This document shows, piece by piece, positions 50,901 through 64,000 of a stretch of DNA of 64,000 bases; positions within the stretch are counted from its first letter, which is position 1, and every line of letters starts with the position of its first letter. Made by a program: the position numbers and the translations under genes. The notes beneath the pieces are model-generated. The model saw only the letters and a list, made by a program, of their open reading frames with translations. It had not been told where the DNA came from and did no database searches. The stretch is from Macrostomum lignano (Eukaryota), in contig NIVC01000421.1 of the NCBI GenBank assembly GCA_002269645.1, positions 496,001 to 560,000 of the forward strand, in the 5' to 3' direction.

Positions 50901-52294
50901 TTTTTGGCCCGCTCGGACACTACTTCTTCTTACCTTGGCTCGGGCCCAGCGCGCAACTTCTGGTTCCCGGAGCACGACCGTCGTTTCTTGATCCCCGGAT
51001 TGCAACTTCCCCCATCATCATCAAGGACGAGTCCCCCGGTCGACAGCAGCGAACATCCAGTTAAGAGCATCACCTGCTAGCTAACAGCGAAGATTGTGAC
51101 AGCATCATCTCGAGTCTACAGCTGCAGAGCATCGAGCCGATTCGGTCACTGTGGAATACCTGGTCTCCGGCTGTTGAGTTTCTGATTGGTTGGGTGAGAG
51201 GCTACCTAGACTTGCTTGATTGGGTGATCCCTTTTCTGTCCCCTGTTGCAGTAGCTGAATTAGGCGCACACTTTTGCTCATTTTGTTCAGTAGTGCTGTT
51301 GCTGAGGCAGGAATCATTCAATAATACTGCTAGTAGTCTAAGACTCCAATTCAATCTAAAGTGTGAAGTGAATTAAGGAGAAGGTTAAATCTAACAGTTG
51401 TCTTTGTCGGCTTTATTTCTTTGTTCGCCGATGGCTCAGATGAGTAGCTAAGCTAGTAGGCGCCGGTCACAGTGGACCAATGGCAAGGCAGTTCTCAGTC
51501 GACCAATCTAACAAATCAGTGAGCAAAACTGCCAAAAGTGCAGAATCGGCGCCAGAGATGTACTTTGTGCACTCTAGGGTAGCCAAGCGGCTCGGGTAAA
51601 TGAATCATGCGGTCTCTGAAGTTCGAGTTAGCCTATCATCAGCGCTATGAGAGGCTAGTTGGCGCGTTGAAGGCTAAAAGTACATATCTTCGTAGTTAGC
51701 AATGTAATAGTACATGTAGCTACCCCATAGACTCGCCACCGCAAGAATCCCCTGCACAAGTCCCCTCTGTACCTGCATGGCCAACGCGATCTAGTCCCAG
51801 CAGTGTCCCTTATCATCGGCTATGACTTCGAGATTGACAGCAAAAAGACACTAGTTGGCAGGTAAGTGCAAAGCCCCTTCTAGTCGGAAGCCCGATTTCG
51901 AGAGTCCCGGTGTGGTGAGCCAGGGCGCACGGGCTGGTGGCAGCAAGTTATTTGATCTGCGGATTAGCTAATTTCTACTTTCAAAATTCTCCCTGCTCGT
52001 CTCTCGCTGTCCCTCTCTTAGCTATAGGACCTAGACTGCTCGCCACACGATCAAGCTACCATGGGGCTGACCATCTGACAGGAGTGGGGGGCCAGGTCTC
52101 TAATTGATTTATTTCTGAGCCTGAGGCCCGAAGGCTTCCCTAACAAGGAGCCCGAAGGTCGAAACCCATCAATTTCTAAAAGAAGACACCCTTTCTGGAG
52201 GACCTCGTTATTTTTATAAAGTTGACTTGTTATTAGGGCGCATCTCTGCAATCGAGGAATATATTGGCGTCGACGGACTAAGTTATTAAGCTCT

Positions 52295-53240
52295 CATATA
52301 TTTAGCGCCGCAATCACTCATTTTAGCGCCGCAGGCACTCATTTTAGCGCCGCAGGCACTCATTTTAGCGCCGCAGGCACTCATTTTAGCGCCGCAGGCA
52401 CTCATTTTAGCGCTGCAGGCACTCATTTTGGAGCTGTAGGCACTCATTTTGGCGCCAAAGGCGCTATATTTTGGTGCTGTGAAGAAAAAAATTTTGATTA
52501 CCACAACGAGTCACAAAGGTGACAAAGCATTGGCATGTCCCCCTTCCATAGCTTTTACTGGGGGGGGGGGGGGAGAAAGCTGTCCTGTGGCGACGCGCCT
52601 GTTCAGGTTGTTTTTGTTGGTTTGCAGTGCATTTTTTACTGCCTGCCGAGATACATATGTATGACTTGAATGGACTAAAAGTTTTCACTCGTCATAAAAC
52701 GGTCTTTTTATCTACTTTTTATTAAATTTGAGATAAGGAAAGGAATTAACCAAGGCCAACATATTTTTTCCAAGAAACAGTAGCCTCAGCGCTTTTCCCT
52801 CTAAGGGGGAGTTTAACAATAACATTTACTGTAAATTTCCTGAAGAATTCGGCGCCAAAATGAGTGCCTGCGGCGCTAAAATGAGTGGCTGCGGCGCCAA
52901 AATGAGTGCCTGCGGCGCTAAAATGAGTGCCTGCGGCGCTAAAATGAGTGCCTGCGGCGCCAAAATGAGTGCCTGCGGCGCTAAAATGAGTGCCTGCGGC
53001 GCTAAAATGAGTGCCTGCGGCGCTAAAATGAGTGCCTGCGGCGCTAAAATGAGTGCCTGCGGCGCTAAAATGAGTGCCTGCGGCGCCAAAATGAGTGCCT
53101 GTGGCGCCAAAATGAGTGCCTGCGGCGCCAAAATGAGTGCCTGCGGTGCTAAAATGAGTGCCTGCGGCGCCAAAATGAGTGCCTGCGGCGCCAAAATGAG
53201 TGCCTGCGGCGCCAAAATGAGTGCCTGCAGCGTAAAAAAA
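52295..53240. mobile_element. Foldback-like element: two 21-bp arrays (ggcgctaaaatgagtgcctgc) in inverted orientation around a ~390-bp core
   Basis: Array 52300-52470 is the reverse complement of array 52850-53240. Confidence 0.7.
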
Positions 53241-53569
53241 TGATGATAAAAATCTATTCGCATAGCTCGTCTATTGTGTTAAGATACACGTTTCCGGAGA
53301 AATGAAGGGTAATGTGGAAAATACTTTTAAAGTACTTTAATATAGTTACGGTAGGCAACATTCAGCGGGCAGACGTCGGCGGGCAAACTTACTGGCGGAC
53401 AAATTTCGTCGACCCCCCTGAATTCAGGATTAAACCAATTCAGTGTCAAAAAGTTCGGGGTTAGGTTCGGGTCACTTCGAGTTTTGCATGTGATACCCGG
53501 TTCGGGGTTTGAAAAAATTATGTTAACGTTCGGGTCATCCAAAAAATTTCTATCCCGAACACACCTCAT

Positions 53570-53890
53570 CGGCAGCAGTCCACAACGCCTGCCCGACCGT
53601 AGGAGAGGCCGCGGCTCGGCTGTGGCAGCTGCATGTCGCGGTGGTCGAGACCGTCCTGTTGTACACGGTTGAGACGTGGGCCACGCTGATGGCTAAACTG
53701 GTACGGCAAAGCCTTTCCAGCTGAGGAGAGTGTCGGGGCTGAGGCCCTGTACCAGGTCCCATGCTGCAATAAGGCCCGTCCAACCCTCTGCGTCGGAAGC
53801 GGCGACTTTAACTGCACCTTATAGATTACTGCTGCCATGGTGGGCCAAGTAGTGATCTGGGCCGAGAGCGCTAGCTACACCTCGATGACC
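53570..53890 (+). mobile_element. Decayed non-LTR retrotransposon (RTE-like) ORF fragment, region C-terminal to RT
   Basis: AVVETVLLYTVETWAT matches the LINE motif xxESVLLYGxETWT; downstream EALY...LRRKRRL...VIWAES remnants with stops and frameshifts. Confidence 0.6.
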
Positions 53891-55968
53891 ATTGTTCTCA
53901 AACTTAGCAGATCTTGTCTGCTGTGCCATGATCTTGTTGGCAGATCTTCTCAATCTGGTCGGTTCTTGCAGGATCTTCTAAGAAGGAAGGTACATTTGTT
54001 TGTTATTCATTGGCTAGCTAAAGTGTTCTAGCTAGAATATAATATTTTATGACAAAATGGGACAATAAATTTGAGAAAATGTGCGATTTGAAGTTGTAAC
54101 AAAATATAAAAGTCAAGATCTTGAACGATGTAGCAAGTCGCCCAGATCTGGTAAGTTTACCCAAGTATTATCATAGCGAAAATCGTGCACCTTCTTGCAA
54201 GTATTGCGCAGCAACCCAAGAAGATAGATCTGTTAAGAATCAACTCAATTGTCTTCTAAATTCTGTTTGGGATATCGTACTGAAAGTTGACTAATATTCG
54301 TTTCTCAGTTGTAGCCCTTTACTATGTGTAAAGTTTATTAATATCGCAGATCGGTGAACTATATCAACTAATACAAAATTTGGAATGACTTATAGTGTCT
54401 ATTATTTTAAATTTAGGTGAAACATTAAAAATCACTTTGACTCGAAACCACAGTGAAATATCAAGCTCAAATTAGCAGCAAATGTTCGTTTTCTTGTTGC
54501 AGTTTGCAGTGCGTAAGGTTCTTCGTCAAAGTTTTAGTTTTTTTAATTTTTGTTTAAGTTTTACATTTATAGATGTATCAATACAAATTAGCAAGGGACC
54601 CAAATGTGTGACACGTGAATGACGTGAGTGATAGGCAGTGCGTTGTGGCTGTGGATCTTCGTTCGATTCACTGCCTGAACCATGCATGAGTCATGACATT
54701 ATATTGACAAGCCATTTGAAGTCTAAAACTAAAACCCAACTTACATTAACTTTTCTTTGTCATTAACCATTATCAGCTGATGGTTTTGTTTTCAGGCCCT
54801 AATACTAGGCCTAGTAATAGTTGCGTTTTATTATGTAACTAAATATTTTCTATTCTATTGTTGTGAATTAGCATTTTCTAGAAATTTCTGGCACACAATT
54901 TTTATTTGAATTTAAGTCTTGTGCTGCATATATGCCTGAATTTTGGTATATAGCATATACTGTATGGGCTATAGCCAGTAAAGCACAACCTATAAATTTA
55001 TTCAAGCATAAAGGCTGAACAATGCCACTATTGTTTGTACAAGCACAAAATCATATTTAAGTTATAAAAAAATTATTTGGTTAAAAAATTAATAATAAAA
55101 CTTAAAAGTATACCTATATAGCATAAAAAATAAATATATAGTAATATAGGCCTAAGGCCTAGACATAGTTGAACCATTTCTAATATATTGTTGTTAGCCT
55201 AAAGTGTAGGGCCTAAATACACAAAGGATAATAGGGCCTAGCTTTATCAAGAAGCATGTAAGCTAGGAGATTTCAGACTCATTGCTAGTAGTTGGCATAT
55301 TTGCCCATCCAATATATTAGGCCCTAGGCCCCTACCTTAGGGACTAGTGAATTTTGCTTAGGCCCTAGGGCCTAGCATACTAGGCCTATCTATGTTTAGG
55401 ACAAAAAAATTTCTGCCCCTATGCGATGATGCCCTAATTCCTAAAAACTCAAATTCAAAATCTATCCTAATGCCCTGTTGAATGCCCTTATCATGCCCCA
55501 TGCCAGATTAGGTCTAGGCCTAATCTTAATTTCTGCCTTGAGGTCTATCCAGTTTAATCATTTAGTCATTTACTTCCAAATCTATATTGCAATATTGGCC
55601 AATTGATATGCAACATGGCTTGGCTCAAGCATGCCAGTTGACCACTTTGCTGTTCTTTATCACACTTTGCCCTTGATTTAGCCTTACCTACCTTTGCTTT
55701 GCCCTGATTTATCCTCAAGGCTACCTTGATCTACCTAGACCTGCCTTTGCTCTACTTTACCCTGCCCTGTCTTGCCCCTCTGCTCTGCCCCATGCTAAAT
55801 TTGCCCCAAATTTTCAGTTAAAAATCTATCCTCTTGACTATACTCAATACTTTATAGAATGCATAATTGATATATATTAAAGACTAGGGCCTAGTTAGGA
55901 TTTTTATTTTTTATTAGAAAATAGACCTTTTCTCTTAAGACAAAAAATCTAATTAATTATAGATCTAC

Positions 55969-55997
55969 ACTAGCAATCTAGTGCCCCCCTTCGGGGC
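55969..55997 (-). mobile_element. Helitron 3' terminus (GC hairpin + CTAG followed by T)
   Basis: Minus strand gccccgaaggggggc hairpin, then actagattg, CTAG (55973-55970), then T. Confidence 0.65.
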
Positions 55998-56659
55998 GGC
56001 CAATGAGCAAGGGACGAATCCTTTATGAAAATAATTCCTAATTCGTTTATTAATTAATTTATAAATAGAATAGAATTTAATGATTAATTCTATTTTTTTA
56101 TTCTGGGATTATGTACAAATCAAACATATGCTATTTAACCATGCTTGCCATCTTTCAGAGCAATAGCGTGCTACTTCTGTAGCCGGGGGGGCTCCAGGTA
56201 TTGCACGGCAAGCAGTACGCCCTGCAACGGCTGCAAAAGCAGCAACAGCAGAAAAAATGTTACTCATTGGCAGAACAGTTGGCTATAATACCAAGAGGCG
56301 TCAGTGGCGCTTTTGCAGAAGGCTTCACCAACAAGATGGTACCATTGCACAAATTCTGTTACGAACATTTCATTGGTGGCAATCTTACCACGTGTTGGCT
56401 TGCTTTAGTCTGCACAGCTGGTCATGGGCATTCACTTGGGAGCATGTAAATTTCACTCATTACTAATGAGCATTCAAAAACAGTTACAACCCTCCTCTTT
56501 TTGCAACCGGGCTTGGGACTGGCTTTGGCAGAGTTAAAGCCATCACAAGAGACTATCTGGGGTTTGCAAAGGCTGCTTCAAACCCCCTCTGGCTGCATTT
56601 GCATGTACGAGGGCCATTCCAAAAGTTCATGCAATCAGACATTCTTTATTACAACAAAA

Positions 56660-59600
56660 AGCTGCTAATTTGGGCTTCTATCACTGCACTACGAGACTCT
56701 CTGACCGAACCCTTTAATTGGAACATTAATTGATTGAATTTTCCTATTGCTTGGAAAAAGACTCTAATTGAGCTTCTATCACCGCAGTATCAAGACTGTC
56801 TCTGGCCGAACCCTTTAATTGGAACATTAATTGATTGAATTTTCCTATTGCTTGGAAAAGGACTCTAATTGAGCTTCTATCACCGCAGTATCAAGACTGT
56901 CTCTGGCCGAACCCTTCAATTAGAACATTAATTGATTGAATTTTCCTATTGCTTGGAAAAGGACTCTAATTGAGCTTCTATCACCGCAGTATCAAGACTG
57001 TCTCTGGCCGAACCCTTTAATTGGAACATTAATTGATTGAATTTTCCTATTGCTTGGAAAAGGACTCTAATTGAGCTTCTATCACCGCAGTATCAAGACT
57101 GTCTCTGACCGAACCCTTTAATTGGAACATTAATTGATTGAATTTTCCTATTGCTTGGAAAAGGACTCTAATTGAGCTTCTATCACCGCAGTATCAAGAC
57201 TGTCTCTGACCGAACCCTTTAATTGGAACATTAATTGATTGAATTTTCCTATTGCTTGGAAAAGGACTCTAATTGAGCTTCTATCACCGCAGTATCAAGA
57301 CTGTCTCTGGCCGAACCCTTCAATTAGAACATTAATTGATTGAATTTTCCTATTGCTTGGAAAAGGACTCTAATTGAGCTTCTATCACCGCAGTATCAAG
57401 ACTGTCTCTGGCCGAACCCTTCAATTGGAACATTAATTGATTGAATTTTCCTATTGCTTGGAAAAAGACTCTAATTGAGCTTCTATCACCGCAATATCAA
57501 GACTGTCTCTGGCCGAACCCTTCAATTGGAACATTAATTGATTGAATTTTCCTATTGCTTGGAAAAGGACTCTAATTGAGCTTCTATCACCGCAGTATCA
57601 AGACTGTCTCTGACCGAACCCTTTAATTGGAACATTAATTGATTGAATTTTCCTATTGCTTGGAAAAGGACTCTAATTGAGCTTCTATCACTGCAGTATC
57701 AAGACTGTCTCTGGCCGAACCCTTTAATTGGAACATTAATTGATTGAATTTTCCTATTGCTTGGAAAAGGACTCTAATTGAGCTTCTATCACCGCAGTAT
57801 CAAGACTGTCTCTGGCCGAACCCTTCAATTGGAACATTAATTGATTGAATTTTCCTATTGCTTGGAAAAGGACTCTAATTGAGCTTCTATCACCGCAGTA
57901 TCAAGACTGTCTCTGGCCGAACCCTTCAATTGGAACATTAATTGATTGAATTTTCCTATTGCTTGGAAAAGGACTCTAATTGAGCTTCTATCACCGCAGT
58001 ATCAAGACTGTCTCTGACCGAACCCTTTAATTGGAACATTAATTGATTGAATTTTCCTATTGCTTGGAAAAAGACTCTAATTGAGCTTCTATCACCGCAG
58101 TATCAAGACTGTCTCTGGCCGAACCCTTCAATTGGAACATTAATTGATTGAATTTTCCTATTGCTTGGAAAAGGACTCTAATTGAGCTTCTATCACCGCA
58201 GTATCAAGACTGTCTCTGGCCGAACCCTTTAATTGGAACATTAATTGATTGAATTTTCCTATTGCTTGGAAAAGGACTCTAATTGAGCTTCTATCACCGC
58301 AGTATCAAGACTGTCTCTGGCCGAACCCTTTAATTGGAACATTAATTGATTGAATTTTCCTATTGCTTGGAAAAGGACTCTAATTGAGCTTCTATCACCG
58401 CAGTATCAAGACTGTCTCTGGCCGAACCCTTTAATTGGAACATTAATTGATTGAATTTTCCTATTGCTTGGAAAAGGACTCTAATTGAGCTTCTATCACC
58501 GCAGTATCAAGACTGTCTCTGGCCGAACCCTTTAATTGGAACATTAATTGATTGAATTTTCCTATTGCTTGGAAAAAGACTCTAATTGAGCTTCTATCAC
58601 CGCAGTATCAAGACTGTCTCTGGCCGAACCCTTCAATTGGAACATTAATTGATTGAATTTTCCTATTGCTTGGAAAAGAACTCTAATTGAGCTTCTATCA
58701 CCGCAGTATCAAGACTGTCTCTGGCCGAACCCTTCAATTGGAACATTAATTGATTGAATTTTCCTATTGCTTGGAAAAAGACTCTAATTGAGCTTCTATC
58801 ACCGCAGTATCAAGACTGTCTCTGGCCGAACCCTTTAATTGGAACATTAATTGATTGAATTTTCCTATTGCTTGGAAAAAGACTCTAATTGAGCTTCTAT
58901 CACCGCAGTATCAAGACTGTCTCTGACCGAACCCTTAAATTGGAACATTAATTGATTGAATTTTCCTATCGCTTGGAAAAGGACTCTAATTGAGCTTCTA
59001 TCACCGCAGTATCAAGACTGTCTCTGACCGAACCCTTCAATTGGAACATTAATTGATTGAATTTTCCTATCGCTTGGAAAAGGACTCTAATTGAGCTTCT
59101 ATCACCGCAGTATCAAGACTCTGTCTGACCGAACCCTTTAATTGGAACATTAATTGATTGAATTTTCCTATTGCTTGGAAAAGGACTCTAATTGAGCTTC
59201 TATCACCGCAGTATCAAGACTGTCTCTGGCCGAACCCTTCAATTGGAACATTAATTGATTGAATTTTCCTATTGCTTGGAAAAGGACTCTAATTGAGCTT
59301 CTATCACCGCAGTATCAAGACTGTCTCTGGCCGAACCCTTCAATTGGAACATTAATTGATTGAATTTTCCTATTGCTTGGAAAAAGACTCTAATTGAGCT
59401 TCTATCACCGCAGTATCAAGACTGTCTCTGACCGAACCCTTTAATTGGAACATTAATTGATTGAATTTTCCTATTGCTTGGAAAAGGACTCTAATTGAGC
59501 TTCTATCACCGCAGTATCAAGACTGTCTCTGACCGAACCCTTCAATTGGAACATTAATTGATTGAATTTTCCTATCGCTTGGAAAAGGACTCTAATTGAG

Positions 59601-59695
59601 CTTCTATCACCGCAGTATCAAGACTGTCTCTGACCGAACCCTTCAATTGGAACATTAATTGATTGAATTTTCCTATCGCTTGGAAAAGGACTCTA
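56660..59695. repeat. 101-bp satellite, ~30 highly similar copies
   Basis: Unit gaaccctttaattggaacattaattgattg...caagactgtctctggcc; period confirmed at 56705/56806. Confidence 0.97.
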
Positions 59696-61025
59696 ACAAA
59701 CTCCACAAATTAGCACGAAAGTCAACTTCTAATCAACGGGCATGCATTAATGCAAATTACGTCCAGGAACTTAATCTGCACAAGTGCACCGGCAACTGGA
59801 ATAAGCAAATGGCATGAACTTCTGGATTGAACCACGTATTAGAGTGGAAGAAATCTACCAGGGACATACAAAAGCAGCGAAATGTCCATTTCAACCAACT
59901 CTCCGTCAGGCCCAGCACGTCTGCAGCCAGCCTGCTATCAACATTGACAATGGCAAAAATATCTCTTGTATTAATTTAATAATTCATCCTTAATATTGCT
60001 CTAACAAAGATAGACCAGAAGCTAGTAATTTCTTTTCTGGAATCTAAACGCAAAAATTAAACTGTATCATATCTTTCCTAAGGTATCGATTTCTTAGAAT
60101 CCCATTAAAGAACTTCTTAGAATGCCATTAGATAGGATGCCTGCTATTGGGGAACCCACCAAGTCATATTTTACTTAGCCAAAATTGCAATCAAGTTTTC
60201 GGTCCACTTTCCTTATCGACCATCTTATTGCGCATTATGCCATAAGATGAAATTACGAGTATTAGAATGCTATTACATGAGCACCTTAGAATTCCAGTAT
60301 AGATACAATTCTTAGACTGTCATTAGATGAGATTCTGATGAGATGACAGATAAGTTAGAATGCCTGCTTGTTTTGGGGGATGCCTGCCTTGTCTGCTGCC
60401 TGTTGTGTCACAAATTTTCCTTACGCACCCAATTTAAAGGTCATATTCATGCCAATGCCAATGCAGCAGGAATTTTAGCATGTAGGGCCAAGGTAGCAAT
60501 TATTTTTCCATGCTAAAATTTTACTTGTGATGGCTTTTCAACACATGTGCTTCAAAAACTCACTGATTTCTTCAACTGCTAGAGAAATCTTCGCATAACA
60601 TTCTGCTTGTTTCATCCGCCTGCGCACTCAGTCGATTCGTGTTGACTCGAGTTGGCTCTCACCAGACGGCACCAGTCTGTATAGTTTCTGTTGAACGTTA
60701 AATTCAATGAACAAAAGTTTACAGGTCTGCATCAGGAGTGACAAAATAGATATACGATTATGGAATGGGTCACGAATAATAAAATAGATCAGAGATTACA
60801 AAAATAGATCATGGTTCACACAATGGTCAGAAAAGAAAGAATGGGTCTGAAAATATCCTTTCATTATTTCCCACTTACAGTACACTTTTGGCATTTGCAC
60901 TTTCAAGTCCCCGTTGTCACTGCCATGGTACAACATAGTAATCACCATCACCACGTCTAGTTTCACTACATTATGGCTTGAGCAAAACATGCAAACATGT
61001 GTACATCATCAACTCACGCATATGC

Positions 61026-64000
61026 CTAGTCTCCTGTAAGCACTTCAGGGTAAACCACGTTCCTAGTCTTGGTTCCGAAAATTCGCACACGGACATTAGC
61101 CGCGTTCTTCGCTCGTGACAGAGCCGTGTACAGCTGGCCATGAGTGAAGCAACCGACTGCCAGGTCCACGCCAACTGTGTCCAGAGACTGTCCCTGCGAC
61201 TTGTGGATCGTCAGGCAAAAACTCGGCTTCACAGGGAACTGCAGCCGCTTAAAACTGACGGGCAGGTCCGCATTGCTTGGAATCAGCGGAATTCGCGGCA
61301 GAAGAATCTCGTCTCCCGTGAACTGGCCGGCGGCAATCTTGCATCTAAGCACGTTATCGCCCATTGCGAGTATGATCAGCCGCGTACCATTGCACATCCG
61401 TGGCGGGTTGATGTTCCTGAGAAGCACCACCGGCATACCGACTTTCAGCCTCAGCAAGTGAATCGGAAAGTTTGGAGCATCCAGCTGGTTGAGCAACTCA
61501 GGCGGGAAGTGCGTAGCGGCATCCTCATCGGCCACGCTGTCTATCGAGCGGTACTCCCGCAGGCTGCCGGGGAACATGCCCAGGCACGTCTCATTAATGG
61601 CATCGACAGAGTCGTTGTAAGGCGCCAGGATCGCTCGGCTTGCAAAATAGCCGTCTCTCTCCACTGACTCCTCAAACGATGGGTAAACAAAATTGATTAG
61701 ATCAGTGAGTGGCCCCTCCGCAGATATCACGATCTCGACTGGGAGGGACACTTTCTCCTCCACATCCTGCTCCATTGTTCCAGATCCGATCTGTGAGGAG
61801 TGAAACAGTCAGTCAAAAGCTAGCCAGACTTTTAGGTTAGACATTCTGAATAAAGCACAATAAAAGCATTTTGCATTTTTTTCACAAAAACCCGCCCTTT
61901 AAATTTAACACCCGGAATTATTAAATATTTAAGTCAACAAAGACCAAACTTACCTGCTTGAGTAGCTCGGTGTACTTCACATATGTTGCAGAATCGGAAC
62001 TGCTCAGCAATCGGATGTTTCTCGTCAGACGATGCCGCCGGAAAAATTTCCACAGCGGGGATCTACTAACACACGCCATAACGTTATTCGCACGCGTCCC
62101 ATTCAAAACAACTGGCAAGAGCTGGCGATAGTCACCAGCGCAAACAAACACCAGTCCGCCGAATGGCACGTCCTGCTTTCGCACGTCTCGCAAGCACCGG
62201 TCGACTACCTCCAAATCCTTCCGGTTAGTCATGGAAATCTCGTCCCAGACAATTAGACGCGCTGTCCGAAACACGGCGGCTTGTTTGGACTGCACTCCAA
62301 CAGAGCAGACGTCCTTGTTAGAGCGGACCGCCCGGATAGGGATCTTGAACCTGTCATGAACAGTTGGTTTCGGCGCAATCATGTACAGCGGAACAATGCG
62401 GCTTAGTCAGATAGTAAGCAACTCACGTGGAATGCGCAGTCTGTCCACCTGGCAACAGAGTCGCTGCGATTCCAGAAGCCGCAACGGCGAGGGCGACTTC
62501 CCCCGGCTGCGCACGAAGGCCAGCAAAACCTCCAGTAGGAAGGTCTTGCCAGTGCCAGCGGGCGCGTCCAGGAAGTGCAAGCCGCCGTTGCCGCTCACAA
62601 GATCCTGAGTCACTGACTCGTACACCGCTTTCTGCTCGTCTGTCAGCATTGGTAAGCGCGCCTCAGTAATCTGCGCTTGCTCGACCGCATCGAACTCGAC
62701 CGCTTAAGTACGCCAGACGCCTACACAACCTGCGCCACGCTGTGAAATGACTTACCTGTGAAAGAAACCCTAAAGCAAAATTAACGCAGTTTTGGGTAAA
62801 CGGCAGGAGTAACTATGACTGTCTTATCAAGCCTAAATGCCTCGGCATCTAATTAGTACCGCGCCGCGCCGTACTAATCGCCGCTCGCCGTACGCGCCGC
62901 GCCGCGCCGTATTAGATCCGCGCCGGACGCCGTCCGCCAAAATGCCCATGCGCTGCAATCAACTGCATCGGTCCAACTTGAGGCATCGCGGATGCCGCAG
63001 GCAGGCCGTAATCTGGCAGGTTGTTCCCGCCCATGGAGGTCAGCATGCTCTGCAGCTCGCGCAGCGCCAGGTCAGTAATCTCCTCGGTGCTCAAGTCTCG
63101 GTGATGAAACCGCAGGTCCTCGCACATATCCTCGGCAAAGCTGCACCAGAGGTCGTTGCCATCATCAGGGTCACCCCATATGAGAATGACAGCCAGAAGA
63201 TGTCTCAGGGCTCTTGGCATTCTTGACTGAACGGCCTCAGCTAGGCACCGCCGCCAGTGGTCATCTCGCTGCAGCAGGCCGAGGGCCATGCAAGCATCCT
63301 TGGCGCTCGGGTGCACAACGCCATCCACAGTCTGCAGCGCCTCAAAGCTGGTTGGTCCCCTAACCTGCAAAAGGAGCATGCGAACATAAAATAAATCACC
63401 AGTTCTTGGGCTCACCGTGTACATGCGTGCAACGTTTGTGTTCCGCACTACACCCGGGTGGCCATCGACTTTCGCGCCTCGCTTCGCTCGCCGCCACACT
63501 CTTTCACTGGCATGCCAAACGAAGTAGGACGGCACCTCCGTGTAGAGCAAGGACCGAGCAAACTCGTCAGTACGGCACAGCTTGAAAAATGCCGTCAACG
63601 TAGAGTCCCTCGGCGTCCTGGCTCTAGCACTTGCGGTCTGCTCGTTGAAATACACGAGCTGCTCCTCCGACTTGTGAACGCAGAGCCGGATGACCGCCGG
63701 AAATCTGTCGTGCACCTGATCAGAAGGTGGGAGAAATAAATACCTTTAAAGTTGTTGCTGACTTCTAAAGCTCACGGCTTTGCAATATTTAAAATTTAAA
63801 ATACTTATTACTTCAAAGCCCAAAATGGTATTCACGGCTTCCATTGGGCCAATGTAGCGCGCAGACAGATACTCCTTGATTTCATCACGCGGCCTCTCTC
63901 CATCGTTTGCCGCTACCGTTTGTGCCGGCTGTTGGCTACCCACAGCCTGCTCTCTCGGATCAGTTGAATTCTTATTGGCGTCGACTTTGAACGTCGCCAT
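61026..64000 (-). mobile_element. Helitron Rep-helicase gene (C-terminal PIF1 helicase part), intron-containing and 5'-truncated by the window; segments ~64000-63812, 63715-~62960, ~62700-62427, 62350-61954, 61790-61026
   Basis: DEIKEYLSARYI, STLTAFF, RMYTVSP..FYVRMLL..VRGPTSF, LDAPAGTGKTFL, IVWDEISM, FGG..GDYRQLLPV, LRLKVGMPVVLLRN..CNGTRL, QFP..TIHKSQGQSL, HGQLYTALSR; GT-AG introns; a one-base frameshift at 62500-62504; the junction near 62960-62700 is unresolved. Confidence 0.92.

Noticed and set aside
56660-59695. CRISPR-like array or RNA-gene cluster; loose resemblance of the minus strand to a flatworm spliced leader as I recall it
   Set aside because: No unique spacers or cas genes. No ATG-GT donor or convincing Sm site, and the resemblance is short and unverified.
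60317-60350. CTGATGAG within a hairpin, a possible hammerhead
   Set aside because: No downstream GAAA or three-stem architecture.

Overview
Eukaryotic (animal) genomic DNA with GT-AG introns and no prokaryotic features. The repeat-stuffed introns and gene content resemble a free-living flatworm such as Macrostomum (inference, not shown by the sequence). Six spliced genes on the + strand were rebuilt by hand with phase-consistent junctions: a compact TCF/LEF (pangolin-type) factor, an SVOP-like MFS transporter with one in-frame TGA, a secreted bacterial-type sphingomyelinase C, a 13-exon TRPV channel (Iav/OSM-9 type) with an upstream RFX X-box, and two tandem Src-family kinases. A third, inverted Src kinase-domain copy lies inside a TRPV intron and differs from the nearer paralog almost only at amino-acid-changing sites. 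The window also holds a tRNA-Ile with the unusual GAT anticodon, an intron-containing Helitron Rep-helicase with a candidate 3' terminus about 5 kb away, a CORE-like tRNA SINE, a decayed LINE fragment, several inverted-repeat elements and many mini/microsatellites. Most long ORFs in the supplied track are artefacts of these repeats.
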